From Hyphochytrium catenoides (Eukaryota; Protista; Hyphochytriomycota), in the NCBI GenBank assembly GCA_900088475.1, contig FLMG01000988.1, positions 1 to 64,000 on the forward strand: DNA of 64,000 nt, given 5' to 3'. Below the pieces are notes generated by a model. It had not been told where the DNA came from and made no database searches. It saw only the letters and a program-made list of their open reading frames with translations. The position numbers and the translations under genes are program-made. Numbering within the stretch: position 1 is the stretch's first letter; every line of letters starts with the position of its first letter. Positions 1 to 11,904 of this stretch are shown one piece after another.

Positions 1-988
1 ATCCTACCTGTCTGCTCTGTAAAGCTGCTTAAAATGACAAACTGGGAAATAGTTTGGGTCTCGTAGAAGGCTGAGCACACGCCGAAGCCCAAAAAGAGGA
101 AGCACGTGCTTCCCATTGATACACCAATCCATACAATGAGACTGCCTAGGAAGCCCAGAAAAGAGGAGACTAACAGGATGAGGCCAGGATCATACTTCTC
201 TGATAGAAGTCCAGCTGGGACCAGGGTGACGATTGCCGCGATGCTGTATACTCCGTCTATCATTGCATACTCAGTGTTGGAGAGCTGAAAGCAAAGATGA
301 TAAGAGGAGATCCGCGACAAGGTGTTCAAGGAGGAAGAGAGGTGGGGGAGTAAGGTTGAATGTGGAAGAAAAGAGGAGCAAGGCCTTAAGGAAAAGGGAA
401 AAGATACATAGTCCGCGGACATAGGGTTACACATGGCACTTCAACCGTAAGGCATGCGCTACCGGCTGTGACCTTACCTTGAGCTGATGCTGGAGTTCTT
501 TTTGCAGACTAATGGGCACAGAATGGACATAATATGGCGCGAAGGTTGCCATACATAAACATAAAAGAAGTACGAAGGACGTCAGCGTCACTCCTTCATC
601 ATGGAACTGCTGCACAGCACTTGAGAGGAGCTTGTACACACGTTTAGACCACGAAGCGCCACTCTTCTCATTCCTCCGGTCTTGACATGCACAAGTACAC
701 GGCCCCGGCTGATGACAGGTGAAACAGCGTCAGTGGTCCCCACCGTAGACTTTCAATATGTCCCACACATACCGGCACTGTTCTTGCTTCATTAAATGCC
801 AACCCTAGCGCTAGACCACACGCTGGACAAAAGGAACTAGAGTCCTGGCTGTCATAGGATTCTCCAGCTCCAGGTCGGCTACGGTTATTGATGGCAAGCT
901 GCGAGCTTCCTGCTGTACCATTGTACCCATGAAAGCGCGGCACCGTCGTCGCATTGATAGAGGTGTATTGGTACTCGGAGTTGGTCAT
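1..988 (-). CDS. MFS transporter, MFSD1-like; multi-exon, 3' part lies outside the window
   Basis: An exon ending at 478 (LLLCLCMATFAPYYVHSVPISLQKELQHQLK, GTAAGG donor) splices to exon 284-8 (LSNTEYAMIDGVYSIAAIVTLVPAGLLSEKYDPGLILLVSSFLGFLGSLIVWIG...). These give the first TM helices and a motif-A-like G-x-L-S-E-K-Y loop. The start at ATG 988 is tentative. Confidence 0.75.
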
Positions 989-2186
989 GGCAAAGAGCCA
1001 AAGAGGAACATACACGTGCGCTTAGGTTGATGTATTTGAATCCAGCTTTACGAAGGCGCGAAAGTCCGCCTCAAGACCAAATGCTTAGCTTAAGTGTGAG
1101 GTCAGCCCAGTATGGAGACTTAGGATAAGAAGAAACGTAGACAGATCACAGAATGTAGACGTGATCCATTGTCGCCTAAATGGGGTAACTAACCAAAAGC
1201 AGAGTCGCGTGGCTTGACCTGCCACTAGATAGTACTGCGATGCAACCCGATTGCTGGTTCAGTTGCGGCCGAGAAAAAGTAGAAGAGGGATCAGCGTCCT
1301 GGTCTTTTTTTAATTTATGAACTTTCTGAGCAGCAGTTCAGGTGGAGAGCGAAGGGTCAAGAGTCATGGTGCGGCTTCCAAAGGCCACCGCGGCAGCAGC
1401 AACTTCAAGAGCCCACACCGCCAGAGCTGCGAGCTGCTGAGTCTGCCTGCTGCTCCTCATACATAATAAACGGCCGACAGCTGGGCCTGTAGAACAACCT
1501 TCAAGGCTCTTCCTCCCTTCCTAGCGATCTGTGCTGCTCTCTATCTCGTGCGGGCGACGCCGGTGATTGGAGAGCTCAGGTCAGGGCCGCACAGTCAGGC
1601 TGTGTTGCCCTTCATGGAAATGGTGGGTGGGAGAGGGAGGTGGCCAAACACATAGCGCTAAGGGTACAGCGCCAGCCATATTACTACCAAGAAGCAACCT
1701 GATACACCTACTGAAGTGGAGCGCTTCGGTATTATACGATCTGAGGAAGGCTGTTCGATGAGTTTTTGAGAAAGGATCTCGAGAGGCCCACCCATCCGTA
1801 TCCATTCACTATTTGGCTGTACCCGCAAATCAAAACGCAAAATCATTAAGTATGATTACTAACCAGAAAGATCCTATCAAGTCGCAGTAAATTTTCGGTT
1901 CTGAAAACGGCAAATCTAGTGGAGGGCTCACGATGGATCTTGGCGGGTGGCGCGGAAGTGGAATTCAAGTCTCTGTTGAAGCTTCAACTCCATGACTTCG
2001 GCACCAGATGAAATACTATTCTGCTATAGAGCCTTCATGATGGCGGGAGGCAGAAGAGCCGACGCAAGGTGCAATATAAGGATTTGAGGACGACCGCGTG
2101 ACCAGCCTTGCTTGAAATCTCGCATCTAGGGATAAGAGTGCAAAAGTCCTTAATAGAGGTCTAACGATAAGAGTAGGCGTGGCCCG

Positions 2187-3749
2187 ATGAAGGAAAGGAC
2201 AGGTAGGCTCTTTCTTTGCTTACAATATGCAGGGAGTTTATTATGATTGACACGCCACTCAGGTCCTTTAAAGGGCATCCGGGTTCTTGAGTTTGCAGGT
2301 CTTGCTCCTGGCCCGTAAGGAACATTTTACTTCTTTCTTCAATGGAGCTGGGGCCCATGATTTTGACATCTCTGCAGCTATTGTGGGCTCATTTTGGCAG
2401 ATTTCGGAGCCGATGTCATCCGCGTCGATCGCCTCCGAGGAGGAGCCGGGCCTGTTCAGGACCCTCTATGTCGAGGCAAGCGCTCCCTTGCCGTGGACAT
2501 GAAGCACGAGGGCGGCATTAAGGTTGGGTTACAATTGCTTCGCAGTACTTCTTGAAGCTGACTTCCCTGTATTGCCTAGCTTCTGCTGCAGGTAGCTAAG
2601 GGTGTTGACGTTGTCATCGATCCATTCCGTCCTGGAGTAATGGAGCGGTTAGGACTAGGGCCGGAAACTGTGAGGGCTGTCAACCCCCGGATTATATATG
2701 CCCGTCTGACAGGATGGGGACAGTCCGGGCCCTATGCCAAAGTCGCAGGTCAGTGCAGTCTAACGTCTGCTTTATCAATGCTTGACTCAGTTATCTGGAT
2801 TTCTATTGACTCGTCAAAGGCCATGATATCAACTACATTGGGCTTTCGGGGGCTCTTTCCCTGTTCGCCAGAAAGGGGGAGAAGCCGCTCTTTCCTGTGA
2901 ACATTCTCGGAGACTTCGCAGGCGGCGGTATGTTGTGCGCTATGGGAATACTTCTCGCTCTCTATGAAAGAGAAAAGAGTGGTTCAGGCCAGGTGATTGA
3001 TGCAGCAATGGTGGATGGCGCCTCGCATCTCATTACGTTCGTCCAAAAGTTTCGTGCAATGGGGCTGTGGAATGATGAGCCAGGTATAAGGTTTTGTGGC
3101 TCTTAACAAAGCGCATTTTCCTGACCCTGCACATGGTCAGGCACTAACACGCTGGACAGCGGAGCCCCTTTCTATGACACATACCGTTGTGCAGATGGCA
3201 AGTTCGTGGCAGTTGGAGCTATTGAGCCTCAGTTCTATGCACTACTTCTTCGAGGACTCGGCTTAGAGGAGGAAGACCTCCCTGCTCAACTGGATATGGA
3301 CGGCTGGGATACTCTCCGAAAGCGTTTCGAGCAAGTATTTGGATCCAAGGTACGGCTCACTGTTAAATAATTATACAGAACGGGCTTTCCATGACGGTCC
3401 GAGTAACGCTGCTTGCCACTAGCCACGGGCAGATTGGGAGAAGGTGTTTGAAGGAAGTGATGCCTGCGTCACCCCGGTCCTTTCGCTGGATGAAGCCCCA
3501 AAGCACCCGCACAATACAGGCAGACAAGTCTATCAAACACTTCCAAAGCAGCCGCTTCCCCTTGCTAGCCCTGCACCGCGACTGTCACGAACGCCTGGCC
3601 GCGTAATGTCTGCAGAGCCAGTGCCTGGAGAGCACACTATTGAGGTTCTGACGGAGATTGGATTGGCCGTAGAGGAGGTAAGCAAGCTACTTCGTGAACA
3701 GGTTATTCGACAAGAGACAGATGCGAACGTGACATCATCGAAATTATAA
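2187..3749 (+). CDS. AMACR: Alpha-methylacyl-CoA racemase (CaiB/BaiF CoA-transferase family III), 7 exons, C-terminal PTS1
   Basis: The spliced product contains [86 protein letters not shown] and VGAIEPQFY, and ends SSKL*. All six introns have GT..AG ends that keep the frame. Confidence 0.95.
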
Positions 3750-4312
3750 ATAGATGCTAACTAATCTAGAATGATATATCCTTTTACCGGATATATTCGG
3801 AATAACAGACAAAGGGTCATGCAAATTGATGACAAGCCTCATAATGACGCCTATTATCAAGAATGATTGAGACCAACGAGATGCCAACGTGCCACAAGCG
3901 AAGAAGGTTGTGATCTTTGGATTCTTTGACTTTTTGACTGACTTGCCCGGCTTGGGCTGCTCACTCTGTCTGCCGCCTCCCGATCTTTCTAGCCTTCGCC
4001 TCTTCTTACCGCTCACACCAGCCTTCCTTCCTTTGGCCTTCCTTTCATTCCCTTCTCGCGAAAGAGGCGCCAATTCTCTCTCTGCCTCCACGGCTTTCCT
4101 CACGAAAGTACGAGCTGAAGGTTCGCAGTCTCCGTCCAGCTCCTGTCGCTCTTCTTCATATCGCTGTGGCTTTTGGTTGTCTCGGTGGTCAAGCAGGCTG
4201 CCTTGTTAAGAACGTGCAAGACAAAGCAGGTTGCAAAGATCGCACGAGCGTTATAAACAGCCTATGTGGATCAGGGACCGGGACCTCAGTTGAAAGCATA
4301 CTTGCTAGACAT
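3744..4312 (-). CDS. Possible small Lys/Arg-rich protein with a PIP-box-like motif
   Basis: The frame is open from 4205 to 3744. ATG 4312 with a GTATGC donor and a TTAAC..GGCAG acceptor gives MSSNLLDHRDNQK...KKRRR...KKSKNPKITTFFA. No homology recognised. Confidence 0.3.
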
Positions 4313-4435
4313 TCTCCGGCCAACCTAGGGTCACAGCAGCCCCCGAGGAGAAGGCGATCCAGAGGATGATCAGTAAACTTAACCGCTAGCTACCGTGCTC
4401 CTCTTCCTCCTTCCCTCAATTCCTCTACATGGAAA

Positions 4436-7400
4436 ATGACGGCCTTGCTAGGTCGGATAGCAAAGTCCAGGATAAGTAAGCTCGCCACAGCTGCATCGGT
4501 ATTATTCGTTGGCGCTCTAACTCCCGCCTCGCAAGCCCTAGGGTTACTTCTCTGGGCTATGCCCTTTAGTCATCTGGGAGCGTCTCTCGGAGTACGCGAG
4601 ACGGCACTGCAGTATGAGAGTAAGAAGCCTCCTTATTCTTATAAATATCTCCTTGCGCTCCTTATGAGGACCCTGCACTCCTTACACTTGCTAACTGCAT
4701 ATTGTGTCAATCTTTACAGAGGCGAAAGCTATGCAGATATCGTTACAGCGGCAATTGGGAGAGCTTATTCAGCAGACCGCTCTCACACTCCGTCAATTGA
4801 AGGAAGATAGACTCCAACTTCTCACTGCTCTAAAGGCGGAGGAGGAGAATTTGGGCGATAGTCGAGGTTATCTTCATGGATATCCCTTCCTTATCATGGT
4901 AGGACCTCGGGGAACAGTTGTCACCTCTCTCTCCCCCCTGCTTCCAGTCAGGCGTTTGGCTGTGGGGAAAAACCTTATTTCTCTCAAATCTCATATTCAA
5001 AACGCACATTGCTTTCCGGTCACGAATATCCTAACCTGCCCTGCCTGATGCTCTGCAGGGGAGCTACATTGCCCTAGACAATGTCCTCGTGGCCCTTATC
5101 CTCCTACTCCTTATCATCTTAGCTGCTGCATATCTGCTGGTCAAGCTTCGACGCCTAGTTTTGTCCCTATCAGCTAGACCCCAAAGGAAGAAAAATATCT
5201 GGCAGCAGGCTCTTGGTAGGCATCAGCCACGATGCATTGTGGCCGTCATCCCCTTCTCTCTCGTTCTGTTCACTGCCTGTTAGTCCTTAAATCCCAAGCT
5301 GCGCTTCTCGACTCTTCGACCTAGATATGAGAACAACATTCTTAATGAGTCCTATATGAAGCTGCCACTAACTCCTTGCATTTCTCTGTCCTGATGTGGA
5401 CGTCAAGCAGTCAGGACTGACCGTGATCCTATTCAGTTTTGCACCAAGGTGGGTTATACTTGTATCTTTCTGTCGTTTATAGCTACGAACTATTTCAATC
5501 GTATCACCTCTCACACCTGGGAACCTCTTCCAAAGCTTTTCCTCTCTCTCCAGGTTCCTGCAATTTTCATGATTGTTTATGAATGTCATCTTCTTTCCCA
5601 TCAGGTGGACCACCCGTTGTCCTCATGTGATGATGACCCTCACAACTCTTCTTGATCCTACCAGGTGCTGCAGCATGAGATAGTGTCTGAAGCTGAGTTC
5701 ATAGAGAATGTTAAGGAAATCTACTTTGAGCTGGAATACTTTCGAAGCCAGAGAGAGAAGCAGGACGATGCTATAGATAGCTATGATAGAGTTCTATCGG
5801 CTATGCTGGTATGTGGTCCGTGTTCCTAGCTGTGACGTCACCTGTGTGGGTTGATTGCCTTCCTCCTCATACCTACCTTCCTCGGCACCCAACTCCCGGC
5901 GCCTATCACTTGCCTCGCAGCGATTCCGTCCCATTTTATACGACATCTCTCTCTCTTTGCGATAAACTTACCGAAGTGGTCGCTATGCTGCAGCACGTTT
6001 TTCGCGTCCTTGTCAGCGATCACCCTTCGTACCATCGGAACCAAGCCTCTCCCTTCCAACTTAATGACCTATTGTAAGATGGACCAGCTTCAACGGCGGC
6101 TGCTATATGCCTTACTACTTGCTTCCCACTAACTTCCACCTCTATTCCCACCCTTAATATCCTGTTTGCAGTCGATTGAGAGGGATTCTGATGGAAGCCG
6201 GACTTGACAGCCCTGTGCGCCTCCACTGCCTGTTCGCACTGCTTCTTTCTTCTAATTTGCCCAAGGTAGGGCCAATTTGCCACTTTCTATTGGTCATCTT
6301 AGCTAAGCGCCTCATCTTATCCCAGTTGGTAGCCTTTTCAAAAGATATCATAGTTGAGTGCGCGCGCTCTAGGCGGGAGCAAGAGCCAGATCCCACGCCT
6401 TTAACTGACGTAGAAACTGCCGTCATCAGCGCTTTGCGTACAGTGCCTTCCTCTCCCTGTGACATAAATCAGGTGAGAGTATAAAGCATATTTCTATCGC
6501 AGAATGCTAGATAAGTAGGGTCTACCGGTTCTACGGCATTGATTGTTGAAAAGTAATGGAAGAGCTGACCCTGGTCCTCTGCCCGTTTTTTGCCAGATTG
6601 TCCGCCTTGGCCTACTCTACTGTCCCACTTTTCTTCCAACTTTAGAAAGCACAGGAGGCGCAGTCAGGGACTTTCTGCTTACCTGTTTCCATTTAGACTT
6701 TGAACTTGAGAGCTTTGTGGCGGTAAGAGAGAAAGAAAAGCGGTAGCGCTTGGCAATAAAAGACAAATATAGCTGGTAAAAAGACCCAGTTGGACTAGAA
6801 GTAGAGATGTAGAGGGTATTAGGTTCGGACTCTCAATTTATTCCATTCCGGGCTGCACTGACCGTCGTGGCAGGGCGAATACCCAGCAGGAAGCCTTGTG
6901 GCCTTACAGGATATCGCATTGGCAGGACGTGAAGATATCTTATTTCTGCTGGCACTCTCTCTATTTCAGCAAAGTGGTGAGTATGGTATGGTTGGCGCTT
7001 ATTTTGTCTTAAGGGCGAGGGAGACGGGTTATAAAGGCTCCACGTAGACATCAGGATCAATATTTAGCAGGAGAGATCATTATAACCTGTCGCACTTGAG
7101 GTGTCCAAACGAAGGAAGTAAGCACCACAAGCTAGATGTGCGTTCCATTAATGTTCCTGTTCATGATTTCGTGGTGGGTTTGCAGATCTCTGTCTGGACA
7201 GCAAGCTAGTGACAGATAGTCTCCTGGTGGCCGACGCCTTAAAGCTGTTGGAGAAGGTGAGGATCGTCGTCTAAAGAAGGCAGCTCAACACATTTTTCTT
7301 GTCCTGTTTACTTTACAGTTACTTTCAACTTCGGCCGCAACTGCTTTATCTCGTTGCTGTTGGACCAATAGTTCCTAGTTACTTCGACCCTCCTATCTGT

Positions 7401-9405
7401 CTAACTGCTCTTCTGCAATATGAAGCATGAGCCGGAGGATGTACTTGAAAGCTTTCTTTCGATGAGGTGGGCAGGACTGCAAGCAGATGTGCCCTTCAAC
7501 TCCTTTTTGGCTCGATTAGGCTGCCTGTTGAGCCTTGAAGACGGGCCCGTTTCCGCCCAGGTGCCATTCGTCCCTGTCTCTTTCTCCAAGCTGCTCTCTC
7601 TGACATCATTTCACTCATTGTAACCCAGCCCGAACCTCCTCCACTAACTCATTTAGATTACATTATACCAATCCTCGTCGCCCTCTACTCGTCCGCTCCG
7701 GCATTCCTGACGACCCGCCTAATTCTCGCTCGTCTAACACTCGCTGATTTCTCTGCTGTTCTGGCAGCTTTACCAAGCGGTGGAGGCCCTCAATGACAGC
7801 GATAGGGAGATGCTACGTAGAGAACTCGCAATCTCAGGGACCGGAGATGAGGTAGCCCTAGTCTTTAGGCATTTCTCACAGGTGAGTTAGGTGAACCAGA
7901 GACCATAGAACAGTTCCGATCGGTCGTACATTTGAAACTGTGATCTTACCCTGTTCCTTTCAGCTTTTTGACAACCTCACTCAAGATCTGCCTTCTCTGC
8001 AAAGACTGGAAATAGGTAAGTCTTTGGCTTCAGGATTGATAGTTCCCTTGCTGTTCGTCGAGAGCAATAAGTGCTGTTGTCAAGTCATGTTGCCTACGGA
8101 GCGTTGTGTCAACTTAAATTGAGCTACTGCTGCTATCACTGGTGGTCCTTTTCGTTGGCCCTGCGAAAGTTGTCTCCGTTCTATCTCAACTTAAGCCTTC
8201 TCTTTGGCATCTCCATAGGGGTCCAGTTGCTGGTGAAGCTGTACAAGGCAGGAAGAGAGTATTGTGTACAGACGCTGGGGCAGAGACGGGGAGGCCTTTG
8301 TACCGTCAACTGCCGCCCGGCAGCGGAGGAAGCCAACGTCATGCGGCCCAGGGCTCTCAGTGCCCTCTCAGCTCTTGATTTCATCATCCGTAGTAATTTG
8401 TTGCGCGTCCCCTCCCTATTCAAGGCCCTGTCTCTCTTCAGCGATCCTCTCCTCATCGTCCACTATTCTAGAAGCCCTCCCTCTTCTCCTCGCCTGAGAA
8501 AAAGAGGCAGTTCGGTGGAAGTCCGGCATGCAAACGGCATGGAAAACGGAGAGAGTCTATCACCCAAGAAATGGCCAAACGAAGAGTCTCGGGATAGTGA
8601 CCTCCCATATGCGCTACATACAGCGGAGAACAAAGGGAATGGTCGTCTTAATGGCCACTATCAGACTTCACCAAGAGGAGAGAGGGGCCAGAGTCTTCAA
8701 TCTCTGGACAGTGATTTTGACTCAGAACCCCTCAGTGGCGATGACGACCTGGAAGTAGATGAAGGGTCCGGACTGCAGAGAGAGAGGAAGGAAAGATTAG
8801 GACGAAATGTCTATGGACGTGCGTACTTGCGTCCTTCTCCTTCGTCCTCCCCAAAGATCAGAAGCCCTCCGAGTTCTCCCACCGGCACACCTGTCTACTC
8901 CTCTAGAGAAAGCTCTCCGGAGAGACGGCAGAGCGGCCGCACCACCAGCGATAGTCCTCAGAAGCTCAGTCCCTTCCCTCTCTTCTCCCCCGATAACTTG
9001 GGGGAGCAGTACGAGCCGACACTGAATCTCTCTCCACAAGACAACTCTCCAAGTCGAGTGCAGAGAAGATCGTCAGGGATCTCTCCTCCTCCTTCACCTA
9101 ACCGAAACTCAGCTCAAGTCTCAGACCATTCTCCGTCTCGCCGCACCTCTTCTCCCACCCGTAATGACGGAAAGGAGTTGTTCGGGTCATTGAGCTCTCC
9201 TCCTCGCTCACCTCGAAGAGCATCACCAGAAAGACAAGAGCGTTCAGCTTCACATTCCCCCCGCGGTCGGTCTCCACCTATTTTAGGCAATGGAGGAGGG
9301 CACGATGCTTATTTATCCCCTGTCCAAGCTTTCCAACAGTCCCTTCCAAGCACAAGATCTCCTCCTCGAAGCCCAGGTGCCTCTTCCATGCTAGAGAAGG
9401 GTTGA
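4436..9405 (+). CDS. Hypothetical multi-exon protein (possibly more than one gene): hydrophobic N-terminus, coiled coil, TM helix, helical core, Ser/Pro/Arg-rich disordered tail
   Basis: A chain of + strand coding-like segments is bounded by GT/AG (e.g. LQRQLGELIQQTALTLRQLKEDR, VALILLLLIILAAAYLLVKLRR, QHEIVSEAEFIENVKEIYFELEY, MKHEPEDVLESFLSMRW). It ends in the long terminal exon within ORF 8071-9405. Exon structure is uncertain. Confidence 0.6.
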
Positions 9406-9623
9406 GACGTACCAACGCAGAGACTAAGGGAATGAGGCAGCGAGAGATGATGCTTCCTTTGATAGATGTTTAGAAAAGGGACAGAGACAATAAATATTAG
9501 AATTATGGCACAGCTATCACTAAATAATTGTCCCCGCGTTCAGACTATCTACATCTACTCAGTAACATAGACAGCGAGAGCGTCTACTCTCCTTCTGTCC
9601 CATACACTCTGTCTGTTGCCTGT

Positions 9624-10871
9624 CTATTGGGAGAGGATTGCATTGCCAACACATGCTCCTTCCTGCATCACCGGCCTCATAACGCCATAGCACCTCACAT
9701 TCGTGGCTACGCCTCCTAGAGAGAGAGAGAGATCCGGATTGGTCGAGCTCCTCTGCTGTCGCCCTTCTGGAGCTGTGTACTGCCTCTCGTAAAGCTGATG
9801 GGAGGTAAATTGACAGCGCAGCCCTCCGCCCTGATCAAATCGTCTGCGCATGTAGCTGCTGCCTAATGAACGAAAGCGCGTTCGCTGATAGGCTTCACTC
9901 TGCCTCATTCCGTAGCTCTCCAAGAGACGAAGAAGGTGGATGTAGTCGTTGCCAGTCTCTGTCAGCTTTTTACTCTCTTTCCATCCCAGCCGTCGCCAGT
10001 GCTTTATTCTACCCGTCCACTGATGCCGACATCTTGCCGAGGTAACGCTAATAATCATGACAGTGCTTCCCTCCGGCACATCTTCTTTAGCTAACTGCTT
10101 GAAGAGCTGGTGTACGCTACTTATTCTCCCTTGCGCCTTCATTCGCTCATAATCGTCTGACTCCGTGCTGCTGCACTCACTTGAGATTGGACCAATGTGA
10201 AGCCAGCGACTACTACTCAGCTGGGCGCTGAGACAGCTTTCAGAGCTAGAAACACTGACGGTTGAGGTGCCGCTTGCGCAGCTGCTGGGAGGATGGTACT
10301 TTTCGTCTCTCATTGATTTGAGGCCACCCATCTCTCCGCCCAGCTTGCTCCCAAGAGCACTAAGCGAAACCAGCGAGTGCCAGGAAGACGATCCTCTTAT
10401 GTTTGTGCCTGACGAACGGTTATGAACAGGGAGAGGGGGCTTTACCCCTGAGTTATCAGTCGCAGGTCTCACACTCGTCTCTGAATCCTGGATCACAGTC
10501 CTCAAAGAGTTTCCGGGATCGCTTCGTCGGCGAATGCTCTCTTTCACGCTTTCGGGGAGTTGTAGCAGAAGCTCGTCGTCTTCGTCCTCAAATGCAAAGA
10601 GCTGAGTCTTTGGACAGTGCACGACAACGGCAAAGGAGTAAAGCTTCAACTTCTGCGCCTTCGGGCTGCAATCCACACTGTTCTCCAACAACAGAGGCTC
10701 ATTTAGGTCTAAATTGTGCACATCTACCCCTCTTCCAGCCAAAGGTATCTCCTGGATGAGGTTGCCTCCTCTGTGAGTGAGACAGCTGATTTTGCCTTCA
10801 TCAATCGTCAGATACACGACATCGGCACTCTCACCGCTATGATGCAGAGTGACATAACCTTCGACTGACAT
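9624..10871 (-). CDS. Intronless 415-aa protein, probable split PH domain
   Basis: This is a long ATG-started ORF. The N-terminus has PH-like strands (VEGYVTLH..VVYLTIDEGKISC..GGNLIQEIPL..YSFAVVVH), and a distal strand plus Trp helix follows (VMIISVTSARCRHQWTGRIKHW). Confidence 0.7.
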   Translation of the reverse strand: MSVEGYVTLHHSGESADVVYLTIDEGKISCLTHRGGNLIQEIPLAGRGVDVHNLDLNEPLLLENSVDCSPKAQKLKLYSFAVVVHCPKTQLFAFEDEDDELLLQLPESVKESIRRRSDPGNSLRTVIQDSETSVRPATDNSGVKPPLPVHNRSSGTNIRGSSSWHSLVSLSALGSKLGGEMGGLKSMRDEKYHPPSSCASGTSTVSVSSSESCLSAQLSSSRWLHIGPISSECSSTESDDYERMKAQGRISSVHQLFKQLAKEDVPEGSTVMIISVTSARCRHQWTGRIKHWRRLGWKESKKLTETGNDYIHLLRLLESYGMRQSEAYQRTRFRSLGSSYMRRRFDQGGGLRCQFTSHQLYERQYTAPEGRQQRSSTNPDLSLSLGGVATNVRCYGVMRPVMQEGACVGNAILSQ

Positions 10872-11626
10872 GGTTCCTCTGTCCTGCAGCTTGCCTAAGG
10901 GCCCTCTAGGCCGTGTTGCTGCGCTGCGCGTTGACCAGCAACTTTGCAGCCTTGATATAAGAGATGTAGCGCCGAATTTTCAATGATCAGTGATCAGTGA
11001 ACTACGTCTAGTAAGGACAACGGGAGACATCCGACTCCTTCCAGAAAGAGACAAGACAAGCACTTTTCTTCTTCACGGCCCCACAAGAAGGACCTGCACC
11101 ACCAACAAGCTTCCAGCGTGGCGTCGCGCTAGTCTGCCAACTCACTTGCGTCAAGCCGTTGGTTACAGGCTGTCCAAACTGGGCCTTTGGTCAGCCCAGC
11201 CAGTATATAATAATCTCTCAGTGGCCGTTTGTCATCTGTAGAGTTGATCTCTGTTTATCTGAACTGAGGCTCAGAATCTGCCAGTGAAGAGCGATGTTCG
11301 TTCCAGACAGTTTTTGCCGCTGCGAGGAGACAAAGGGAGGAGAACAGAGAACAAAGGCTAAAAGGGCAGGCGAAGACGCATCAGAGAGAAGAGGAGAGAC
11401 GAGAGCAAGTAGAGGAGGTGGCCAAAGAAGACAGGACGGTGGGGAGAACATGGCAATCCAAACTAGGTAGTTGGAGATGGGAGAAGGGAGAGAAAGAGAG
11501 AAAGCGAAGCGAGATAGAGTGCCTGATAGAGAGAATGAGAGATGAGAGAGAGATACGCGATGGAGAAAGATACAAGAGAGGAAAGAGAGAGAGAGACCAA
11601 GAAGAAGAGAGAGAGACCAAGGAAAA

Positions 11627-11631
<5 letters not shown>

Positions 11632-11672
<41 letters not shown>
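11632..11672. repeat. (AG)n microsatellite within a purine-rich tract
   Basis: About 20 perfect AG units, read directly from the sequence. Confidence 0.97.
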
Positions 11673-11677
<5 letters not shown>

Positions 11678-11894
11678 CATCAGTGGCTTATCTCTTGCCT
11701 GTCCTCCTCGCTGATCTTTCTAGGAAGTAGGACTGGTGGTCTTCCAGCTCCACTGTCAGCTACCCCCGCAGGCAGTTCCCTCACCCACTATCTCCTCAGC
11801 GCCTTTCCTTATTTACCTAACGCAGATACCTTTCTCACCCAGTATACTCTTTTGCTGTGTCTGGTGACAGGGAGTTGCGCAAGAGAGAGCTTTT

Positions 11895-11904
11895 AGCCAA
11901 TCAG
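11895..11904 (+). promoter_or_regulatory. Candidate CCAAT box (AGCCAATCAG)
   Basis: Matches the extended NF-Y consensus RRCCAATCAG in intergenic DNA. The target gene is unknown. Confidence 0.3.

Noticed and set aside
1100-2150. Short ORFs between the MFS and AMACR genes
   Set aside because: No consistent spliced frame or recognisable product; probably a divergent promoter region.
11381-11730. ORFs with ERERER / LSLSLS runs (also 13478-13684)
   Set aside because: These are translations of the GA/CT microsatellites.
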